Shown here: positions 10,284 through 18,597 of the stretch, one piece after another
How the letters are laid out: each line of letters begins with the position of its first letter
Numbering within the stretch: position 1 is the stretch's first letter
NCBI GenBank assembly: GCA_046761065.1
Contig: JBHIFL010000045.1
Coordinates: 1 to 36,280, forward strand
Length of the DNA stretch: 36,280 nt
Reading direction: 5' to 3'
DNA from: Candidatus Heimdallarchaeota archaeon
GTDB lineage: Archaea; Asgardarchaeota; Wukongarchaeia; Wukongarchaeales; JBHIFL01
Position numbers and translations under genes: made by a program
The notes under the pieces: model-generated
Seen by the model: the letters and a program-made list of their open reading frames with translations, nothing else
What the model was told of the DNA's origin: nothing
Database searches by the model: none

Positions 10284-11480
10284 TTGATTGAATATCACCA
10301 TCGAACTCTTAGAACAAACGCAATACGGCAGATGGAATGGGGTATAATTAAGGATAACACCAATCTTCCTACGAAAAGATGGGATCCCCTCCTAACGTAC
10401 CTTGATCTTGAGAATGAACAAAAATTAGGGTTTTTTTCCTATGTCAACCCTTCTCGTGGGGCTCGTTATATGGAATATGATCATAGGACGCCGCCATCCC
10501 ATGATAAAGCTTCATGTCAGGTTCTCTGTCCTATCATTAAGGGGGAAGATCCTGCGATTCCAGTGTATACCGACCAGGAAGAATATGATCCATTTTCGGA
10601 TGTCTTCCCGATCTCGAGAAATTACGAGCATTATGATGCAATCACAATTGTCAACAAGTTTCCCGTCTTTGGAAGAGTAGACGTAAGAAAATCGGTAAAA
10701 AATAGCTATTTATCGGGAGTTTGTTTAGTCCCATTGCCCACTCAACACCTAGAGCAGCTAGAGGACACTCCTCATGATATTTTGACGAAATTGTTATGGA
10801 ATACCCGAGATGCGCTACAATATACTGAGAAGTGTGCTCAACTCCGAGGATTCAAGCAGATAATCCCTTATGTGTTTTTTAATATTGGGGAGAAAACAGG
10901 AGGGAGCCTTAAACATCTTCATGCTCAGATCTATCTCGATACGACCAAAAATCCTTCTCCCCAAAATCTTGGGTTCCACACTCTAATTCGGCTCCATGTA
11001 CAGGAAACGTACTATACTCAATACACAAGATGTCTTGTCTGTGATCTTGTAACTAAAACTCTTGATGTATATTTAGGCGAGAAACTGAATCTAAAAGAGC
11101 GTATAATAATTGAGAATGAAGCATGGTTAGTTCTATCTGCCTACGCCCCGGCACGAAATGGCCATATCCGTATCTTCCCTAAGAAACATAAAGCAAGACT
11201 AACCGACCTCAATAATAAAGAATTAGCGGAGCTAGCGAAGATTTTCCGTACTATCAATAGCAGATTAAACAAGATCGGTGTTGAACGAGATCGAACAACG
11301 GTTTTCTTTCAGAAACCGTATAAATGCATTCAGACGCTGATGAAGGCACCATTCCATCTTTACATTGATGTTTTACCATTCAATTATATTGGTGGGATCG
11401 AGCTTTCTGGGGACTGTTTGAAAGTAATCGAGCTTGCTCCTGAAACATTGGCTGGAGCCTTGAAAGAGCATTCAAAGTAG
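10284..11480 (+). CDS. GalT-like HIT-superfamily nucleotidyltransferase (galactose-1-P uridylyltransferase / ADP-glucose phosphorylase-like)
   Basis: GGSLKHLHAQ gives the HxHxQ active-site motif. Also NKFP, Cys motifs CQVLCP and CLVCD, and a second HIT-like domain (ERIIIENE...IFPKKH). Confidence 0.8.
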   Translation: MIEYHHRTLRTNAIRQMEWGIIKDNTNLPTKRWDPLLTYLDLENEQKLGFFSYVNPSRGARYMEYDHRTPPSHDKASCQVLCPIIKGEDPAIPVYTDQEEYDPFSDVFPISRNYEHYDAITIVNKFPVFGRVDVRKSVKNSYLSGVCLVPLPTQHLEQLEDTPHDILTKLLWNTRDALQYTEKCAQLRGFKQIIPYVFFNIGEKTGGSLKHLHAQIYLDTTKNPSPQNLGFHTLIRLHVQETYYTQYTRCLVCDLVTKTLDVYLGEKLNLKERIIIENEAWLVLSAYAPARNGHIRIFPKKHKARLTDLNNKELAELAKIFRTINSRLNKIGVERDRTTVFFQKPYKCIQTLMKAPFHLYIDVLPFNYIGGIELSGDCLKVIELAPETLAGALKEHSK

Positions 11481-11826
11481 TTAAAGATGGTTTTTACGAA
11501 CAGCTTCAGCAATAAAGATTCCAGCTGCACTCCAACTTTGGTAAGCCATTTCCATGGGCGCTCCCATAGGAAACTTTGTACTCAACGGTTCATATAAGGC
11601 ATAAGTCATGGTCTTTTGGAAGAATAGGAGGAAGCGGTTCTTTGTTGGTTGTTATGAAAATTGCAATAAAGCAAATTGGTATATCTCGACCAAATGTCAG
11701 ATCATGCCACTTTTTGGTTGCTTTCATTGAAAGGATGCTTGCCAAGAAATCATGTTTCATACTATTGACTAATAACAACTGGAAGACATTCTCCAAAACA
11801 GATCGCATTTGTTTATCTCGCATCAC
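11481..11826 (-). pseudogene. Internally deleted (alpha/alpha)6-barrel glycoside hydrolase relic (amylo-alpha-1,6-glucosidase / GH100-like)
   Basis: The 78-aa ORF carries KWHDLTFGRDIPIC (FGRD motif). After a frame change it continues YEPLSTKFPMGAPMEMAYQSWSAAGIFIAEAVRKNHL* (QxWSAA C-terminal motif). Its stop at 11481-11483 abuts the GalT-like stop. Confidence 0.6.
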
Positions 11827-12142
11827 TTATTAAGGGTTTGCAAGATGTGAAATCATATCCTAAAAGGCATAATTTGTTAAAAAGGATTTAATTTTAAAAG
11901 GAAAACCAATTAATACATGTTCTTATTTCATTTTTATATTACTTGAAATTGTGTTTTCAGTCGCACATGATTTAAATACAACATAATTAAAATATCACGA
12001 GAAAATTATCTTAAAAAATAGAAAATGGTGTATTTTTTATAAGGTGCTTCAGGTATGAATAAAATCGGGTTATTTCAATAATAATAAGTAGGACTAGGAG
12101 ATCACTGTATCATTGGAATCCTTATCTTTAAGAATCTTTTAA

Positions 12143-12465
12143 TTAATAGGAAAACCACTTGCGGTTGTTTTCTGAAGGTTCAATAATTAGTTTAAATTGA
12201 ATTTCTTTTTTCATTCCTGGTAAGAGGTCAAAATTAATTAAAGACTAAGTTCCGCCACTTGATACAAAGATTCCTAGCCAAGTTTGAACTTAGCTTTCAA
12301 TTCTAGTTGGATCAAATATAGCGCAATTCTAACTTAAATATTATCTTCCTAGTTATTTTATTTCCTGGATCTGAACTAGCGAGGTGTTTCGTAAATAAGA
12401 TTTGATTCTTGAATAGATCAAGAGCTGGAAAACTTTAACTTTAGGATCGTAGTCATTATTAATTG
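12143..12465 (-). pseudogene. Decayed paralogous C-terminal fragment of the GH57 4-alpha-glucanotransferase at 18598-20766
   Basis: Minus-strand translation across shifts: LDLFKNQILFTKHLASSDPGN / LELKAKFKLG*ESLYQ / LLPGMKKEIQFKLIIEP. The intact gene reads IDLFKNQVLSGKHFSSSDPEN / VESKAKSELGWESLYQ / LSPGMKTQIQLKLLIDP. 12258-12305 matches 18684-18731 at 38/48 nt by hand count. Confidence 0.88.
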
Positions 12466-12558
12466 ATAATAGCTCATCTATTCTTGTTCAATTTACAATA
12501 TGAACTAAACATGAACCCAACGATTTTTCCTGAGTACTGTACTGTGATGTGTCCTCGA

Positions 12559-13471
12559 TCATCGTCTTCTTAGTTTTGGGTCTAAGACATCATCTTATAC
12601 CATCACCAAGAAGATTGAATCCAAGAACAGAAATAAAAATGGCCAACCCTGGGAACGTGGTAATCCACCACCAGTTTGGGAAGAAGCCTCGTCCAATGCT
12701 GACCATCAATCCCCACTCTGCTGCAGGTGGTTGAGCACCTAGACCTAAGAAACCTAGGCTGGCAGCCGTTAGAATCACATATCCTAGATCTAAGGATGCC
12801 TGAACGACTATTGGGGCAATACAATTTGGGATTACATGTCGAAGCACTATTCTGAAATCTGTTACTCCCATAGCCTTCGCAGCTTCAATAAATGTTGCCT
12901 CGGAAAGGGAAAGGGCTTGAGCTCGCACCAATCTTGCATACCATGGCCACCAAGCAATAGCGATGGCAACCATTAAATTAAACAAACCCGTTCCTATGGC
13001 TGCAGCAATCGCTAAGGCGAGGATTAGTGATGGAAGGGCCAGAAAAGTGTCCGTGATTCGCATGATTATGAAGTCGACCCAACCCCTGTAGTATCCTGCC
13101 AGAGCTCCTGCTATCGTACCAATGGATGCTGAGATAATTATTACTAAGATCCCTATTTCAAGGGAAATTCTACACCCGAATATAACCCTACTAAAGATGT
13201 CCCGACCCATCTCATCGAGCCCAAACCAGTGCTGCTGACTCGGTGGCTGTAATCGTTTTTCAAGATGTGCAAAACCAATTATATCTTCAGGATATGGCGC
13301 GATATATGGAGCTACAATAGCTAGAATAATCATAATGAGGACAATCAAGAACCCTACTAGGGTAAGAGGACTCCGTCTTATCAAATAGAGGGTATATTTG
13401 AATTCTTCGATTCTAGGACCATTTTTTTCAATAATATCATGAAAAAATGTCCGAAAGCGAGATTTTATCAA
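12559..13471 (-). CDS. oppC: Peptide ABC transporter permease (OppC type) with a 1-nt insertion near the 3' end
   Basis: HWFGLDEMGRD, FIEAAKAMG and LGFLGLGAQPP motifs. The ORF stops at GDGIR* (12590). Removing one base near 12592 restores the canonical tail DVLDPKLRRR* ending at 12559. Confidence 0.88.
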
Positions 13472-13477
13472 TTCTAA

Positions 13478-14062
13478 TCACTGGAGTTTAATTCTTGGAT
13501 CTACATAGAGATAAGACAGGTCAACCAACAAGTTTATGGTCATAAAAACGACGGCAACAAGAAGAACGGTTCCCATTATAGCTGGGTAATCTGAGTTTAT
13601 TATAGACAGGGTCACATATCTGCCAAGACCTGGCCAAGAGAAAATGGTTTCCACCAAAAAGGTTCCTGCGAGGGAGTATCCATATGATAGGCTAACTATT
13701 GTGATTGTCGGAATTAGAGTGTTTCTAAGAGCATATTTATAAACGACTTTCCGATCAGAGAACCCATAAGACTTAACTGTTGTAATATAGTCCTCTCTCA
13801 ATACCTCTAACATATTTGCTCTCATCATCCGTGTAATCACAACAAGAGAAGCAAAGGAGAGGCAGGCCGCTGGTAAAATGATGTGTTTTAAGGCGCTTAT
13901 TAGAAAAGGCCAATTCCATGTTAAGAGGGCATCTGGGATGTATAATCCTGTGATACGTCTCACTGGATTAGTTCGTCGCACAAAGGGATCAACTCTTCCC
14001 CCAGTAGGAAGGATGTTCAGGTAAGCCCCAAAGAAAAGTTGGAGGATCAATCCTAAAAAAAA
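13478..14062 (-). pseudogene. oppB: 5'-truncated peptide ABC transporter permease (OppB type, C-terminal part only)
   Basis: It begins mid-protein at FFLGLILQLFF. HIILPA, EDYITT, ETIFSWPGLG and YVDPRI are present. The N-terminal part is absent and the upstream DNA belongs to a different gene. Confidence 0.85.
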
Positions 14063-14642
14063 GGCTCTTGAAGCTTTAATTATGCTCTTGACAAAAGATC
14101 AAGCATCCTTTGATGGTGTATTTTATAATTTTTCTGGAGTCGAATTATCACCCAAGCTTGTTCAAGCGCAACTTCCTATCTATATTGGAGGAAACGCATT
14201 GAATAACATTAAACGAGCTGCAAAGTATGGAATTGGGTGGTTTCCTGCAGGATTAACACCTCATGAGCTAAAAAATGCAATATTCCAACTAAAGAAATAT
14301 TCTGATAAATATGAGCGAGAGTACTCTAAGATTGACATTGCTCCACAGTTAGCTGTTTGCATTGCCAAGACGCATGAAGAAACAATTCAAAAGTATAAAA
14401 ACTCCCAGATTTATGCTCATGACCTTTCTATTAAGAATTCAACTCTGAAGCGGCAGAACGTGGAAAACCTTGAGGAAAGGGATCTCATTGGGACTGTCAA
14501 TGAAATAATCAGTAAAATTGAAGAGTATCATGTAGTTGGAGTTGATCATCTACCAGCACTCATCTTCGTAGGAAACGCAATTGAAGCCGTATCAGAAGAT
14601 ATGCGATTGTTTGCCGAAGAAATAATTCCTTCTTTTAGTTAG
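14061..14642 (+). pseudogene. 5'-truncated LLM-class (luciferase-like, probably F420-dependent) oxidoreductase, C-terminal half
   Basis: The frame reads KALEALIMLLTKDQASFDGVFY..LSPK..QLPIYIGG..RAAKYGIGW..LIGTVNEI..LFAEEIIP, the C-terminal half of LLM enzymes. The N-terminal half is missing. Confidence 0.82.
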
Positions 14643-14650
14643 GAAGTTCA

Positions 14651-15838
14651 TTATATGATCTGTATTTCTCTATCAAGTGTTGATAGGTAATCAGCTCCTT
14701 TTTTAGTAATTACTACCATATCTTCTACTTGAAGTCCTGCAAATCCTATTTCATAATAAGGGGGTTCTATACAAAGAACCATTCCCTCTTCTAGCTCAGT
14801 ATGATCATTTGCTGAAATCAGTGGTGGATCATAGCCTTCTATTCCGATCCCATGACCGCAATGGTGCCGTCTGAAATCAGGGAGGCCAGGATTCGTAACA
14901 GTTGCAACAATTGTATGAAAAATCTCACTTGCTTTTACACCAGGTTGCAATTCCTCAATTCCTTTACTCTCCCCATTGAGAATCGCTTCATAATATTTTT
15001 TATGTTTGTCTGTAACAGACATTAAGGCACCCATTCTTGCTAAATCAGATTGGTAGAACTTGTATATACAACCCACATCAAATCTTATGATATCACCCTT
15101 TTGGAGTTTCTTTTTTGTTGGAAGTGCGTTAGGATATGCACTCCGATTTCCAAAACAAATTACAGAAAATTCAGGCATCGCTCCTTGCTCGACAATAGAT
15201 TTATTAAATTCAATTGTAAGCTGTTCTTCAGTTGTTCCGAGTTTAACAAAATCAAGAGCTGCACTTATCGCCCTTTCATCTATTTCAGCTGATTTTTTAA
15301 GCCGTTTGATTTCTTCTTTTGTTTTCACAAGTCTTATTTTACGGAATAAATCATATGATACCATAATTTCTGCTTTTGGGAGATTTTCTCTTATTTGTTG
15401 GAATATTTGGGGGCTTATGTATCCTTCATCAACTCCTAGCTTGCATGTATCAAGATCTCGTTCTTTCAAAACTTGAACAAGCGCCTCAATTCCTGAACTG
15501 GGAACATTCTTCTTAGAACGCAGTTGAACAAGCTTTCTATCGCTTTTCGTAAGTGGTTCACTTACAATCATAGGAAATCCAGAATAGGGTACTATGTCTT
15601 CTACCCAAATGGTGGGCGAATCTAATACCATGTCCATTTCTCCCATTGGAGCAATTAAACAGGGTTTACGAATATTTTCTTGACAGATTATGGAAAAGAC
15701 ATGGACTCCTAGGAGAGTCCAGTGGCTTAAACTCCAGTAACCACTAGTATACATAACATTCTCTGGAGTCGAAGCGATTAGAGCATCTAACTGATAATTT
15801 TTCATATAATCGTGTAACCTATTTGCATTCATAATCAA
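14651..15838 (-). CDS. M24 family (Xaa-Pro/creatinase-like) metallopeptidase
   Basis: Creatinase-like N-domain (ENVMYTSGY). Metal ligands in FDVG, SDLAR, HCGHGIG, IEPP and VEDMV. GGAGG SD about 10 nt upstream of the TTG; alternative ATG at 15832. Confidence 0.92.
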   Translation of the reverse strand: MIMNANRLHDYMKNYQLDALIASTPENVMYTSGYWSLSHWTLLGVHVFSIICQENIRKPCLIAPMGEMDMVLDSPTIWVEDIVPYSGFPMIVSEPLTKSDRKLVQLRSKKNVPSSGIEALVQVLKERDLDTCKLGVDEGYISPQIFQQIRENLPKAEIMVSYDLFRKIRLVKTKEEIKRLKKSAEIDERAISAALDFVKLGTTEEQLTIEFNKSIVEQGAMPEFSVICFGNRSAYPNALPTKKKLQKGDIIRFDVGCIYKFYQSDLARMGALMSVTDKHKKYYEAILNGESKGIEELQPGVKASEIFHTIVATVTNPGLPDFRRHHCGHGIGIEGYDPPLISANDHTELEEGMVLCIEPPYYEIGFAGLQVEDMVVITKKGADYLSTLDREIQII

Positions 15839-15938
15839 AGCAATTTAAACCTCCATCGAATCTGAAAACTTGTTTACAATATACGATATCGTTCAGTTCC
15901 ATATGTTTTATCAGCATTGAATATGCTTATTCTGAATG

Positions 15939-15979
15939 GTTTAGATGTGACCTTATTTATTAATAATTCACATCTAAAC
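15939..15979. promoter_or_regulatory. Perfect 12-bp inverted repeat in the divergent M24/oppD intergenic region
   Basis: GTTTAGATGTGA (15939-15950), a 17-nt AT-rich spacer, then TCACATCTAAAC (15968-15979). Confidence 0.55.
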
Positions 15980-16302
15980 TGATTAATAATTAAATCTCTA
16001 TTAAAACTGCTAGACAAAAAATCACACATATTTCTACTTCTACAACAAAAGTGTTTTCACATTCTAGTTATTTAAGATCCTATTCCCCGCTTCATTATGA
16101 GTTTCTTCATTTCTTGGATATTCAATCACATTTCCCTATTAATCACTTCTAAAAAAGTTGAATTTGATCTTCCCATTAGCATATTATATCTGTATTCCAA
16201 AGAACCCAAAGAACTGGGATAAATGAATAAAGTGCTCTGTGTTGGAATATTGTTACTGCCAATGATTTAAATAATAATAACTCTTGCCGATAGAAGGTTT
16301 GA

Positions 16303-17286
16303 GTGATGGACATGCCACTCTTGGATATCAGGGAACTGAAAACTTACTTTTATACTTATGAAGGCATTGTAAAGGCAGTTGATGGAGTGGATCTACAAAT
16401 CAGGAAGGGTGAGACTCTGGGCCTAGTTGGTGAGACGGGTTGTGGCAAATCAGTAACTTCGCTCTCTATTTTGAGATTAGTCCCACCTCCGGGGAGAATC
16501 GTTTCTGGAGAAATTATATTCGAAGGAAAGGATATTCTAAAACTAAAAGAGACAGAGATGCGAATGGTAAGGGGAAAAGAGATTGCAATGATATTTCAAG
16601 ATCCAACGGCATCGCTTAACCCCGTTTTTAGAGTAGGTGAACAAATAGCTGATGTAATTATGCTTCATCAAGGAGTAGATAAAGAAACAGCTTGGGAAAA
16701 AGCAGTCGAGATATTGAAAATTGTGGGAATCCCAGCTGCAGAAGACATCGCACAAAATATTCCTATTGAGCTCAGCGGAGGGATGAAACAGCGTGTAATG
16801 ATCGCTATGGCCCTCTCTTGCCGCCCGAAGCTTCTTATAGCCGATGAACCCACAACAAATCTTGATAGTACAATACAAGCTCAAATTTTAGACTTGATGC
16901 AAGAGTTAAAAAAACAATTTGGAACATCTATCCTTTTAATCACTCATCACCTTGGTGTAGTAGCAGAAATGGCAGAAAAAGTAGCTGTATTGTATGCTGG
17001 CCATATCGTTGAGTATGCCAATAAAGTTACTCTGTTTAACGAGTATAAACATCCCTATGTGGCTGGCCTCCTTCGTGCAGTGCCTGATATGCATAAGGGA
17101 AAAGGTCCCTTGCTTAGCATCCCTGGAACATTACCAAACTTGATCTACCCACCAAGTGGATGTAGGTTTCATCCTCGCTGTCAATTTGCAAAGGGGATTT
17201 GTAAAAAAGAACGACCCAAACTTAGGGAAATAGAACCCAAGCATACTGTGGCTTGTCATCTCGTAGGTACGGAGCTATTGAAATGA
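16303..17286 (+). CDS. oppD: Oligo/dipeptide ABC transporter ATP-binding subunit (OppD type)
   Basis: GETGCGKS, ELSGGMKQR, IADEPTT and GCRFHPRC...VACH motifs. Confidence 0.95.
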   Translation: MMDMPLLDIRELKTYFYTYEGIVKAVDGVDLQIRKGETLGLVGETGCGKSVTSLSILRLVPPPGRIVSGEIIFEGKDILKLKETEMRMVRGKEIAMIFQDPTASLNPVFRVGEQIADVIMLHQGVDKETAWEKAVEILKIVGIPAAEDIAQNIPIELSGGMKQRVMIAMALSCRPKLLIADEPTTNLDSTIQAQILDLMQELKKQFGTSILLITHHLGVVAEMAEKVAVLYAGHIVEYANKVTLFNEYKHPYVAGLLRAVPDMHKGKGPLLSIPGTLPNLIYPPSGCRFHPRCQFAKGICKKERPKLREIEPKHTVACHLVGTELLK

Positions 17287-18254
17287 GCAAACCTCTCATC
17301 AAAGTTGAAAATCTTAAAAAATACTTTCCTCTCCGAGGAGGTTTTCTAAACCGGGTGGAGAAGTGGATTAAAGCGCTAGATGGAGTTGATTTTCACATCG
17401 ATGAGAAAGAAACGTTTGGGTTAGTGGGAGAAAGTGGCTGTGGGAAAACGACATTAGCTAGAACACTACTTAAGTTGATAAAACCAACAGGGGGAAAAGT
17501 TTTCTTTAGAGAGCATAACATCTATCAAATGAATTCTAAAGAGTTAAAGGAGTTACGAAGAAAAGCGCAGATCGTTTTCCAAGACCCATTCACTTCCCTT
17601 AATCCGCGTATGACTATTGAAAAGTTAATCCGCGAGCCGCTTATTACTCACAAGATAGCTGAGAGAACAGAGATGTCGACTATCATCCTCGACATGCTTG
17701 AAAGAGTAGGTCTTAAAAAGGAGCACTTACATAGGTATCCACATGAATTCAGTGGGGGACAACGGCAACGTATAGCAATTGCTCGCGTGCTTGTTCTACA
17801 TCCAGAGTTCCTTGTATTAGATGAACCCACATCTGCACTTGATGTATCAGTCCAATCACAGATATTAAATCTGCTCATAGAGCTACGAGAGAGATTTTCT
17901 CTAACATGTCTTTTTATCTCACATGATCTTGGTGTTATAAGATATCTGTGTGACCGAGTTGGTGTAATGTACTTAAGCAAAATCATTGAAATAGGAGATG
18001 CTGAGTTGATCTTTGAGTCACCTAAACATCCTTACACACAGGCTTTGATCTCATCAATTCTTCCGATAAACCCTGAAGTAAAAAGAAAACGTATAATCCT
18101 GAAAGGGGAGGTTCCAAGCCCGATCGATCCTCCTAGTGGATGTAAGTTTTATCCACGCTGTTCGTTTGTCAAATCAATTTGTAAAAGAATTAAACCAGAG
18201 TTTATAAGTGTGGGCAGAGCACAACATGTAGCTTGTCATCTTTATTCGAGTTGA
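17283..18254 (+). CDS. oppF: Oligo/dipeptide ABC transporter ATP-binding subunit (OppF type)
   Basis: The likely start is ATG 17283 (ATGA overlap with the oppD stop). GESGCGKT, YPHEFSGGQRQR, LDEPTS and GCKFYPRC...VACH motifs. Confidence 0.95.
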   Translation: MSKPLIKVENLKKYFPLRGGFLNRVEKWIKALDGVDFHIDEKETFGLVGESGCGKTTLARTLLKLIKPTGGKVFFREHNIYQMNSKELKELRRKAQIVFQDPFTSLNPRMTIEKLIREPLITHKIAERTEMSTIILDMLERVGLKKEHLHRYPHEFSGGQRQRIAIARVLVLHPEFLVLDEPTSALDVSVQSQILNLLIELRERFSLTCLFISHDLGVIRYLCDRVGVMYLSKIIEIGDAELIFESPKHPYTQALISSILPINPEVKRKRIILKGEVPSPIDPPSGCKFYPRCSFVKSICKRIKPEFISVGRAQHVACHLYSS

Positions 18255-18597
18255 ACTAGAATAGCTGAAATAAACTTGATTACAATAAGATGAATTAGGA
18301 GAAAAGTAAATAGATCTTTCCTAATACGGTCTAAAATCGACTCTAAATGTGGAAGGGGATCGTTGCACCTGTATAAGACTTCTTTAATTAGTTGTGAATA
18401 CAAAAATAGCGCAGATTACTCCATCTCCAAAAAATCGATTTTAATACTTCTTGGTTGCTTGTCTCGAATGGGTACTTACTTCATACACCCTTTGATCCAG
18501 GAATAATTATTAAATCCATTAGGGGTTTAGTTATTGTTAATTATGAATAATACACTTTAAATGAGAAGATACCATCATTAAATGAATATTTATTATT

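Noticed and set aside
16750-16780. OppD reads NIPIELSGG rather than YPHELSGG
   Set aside because: The frame is intact and the signature is retained. I cannot distinguish natural variation from error, and no mechanism is evident.
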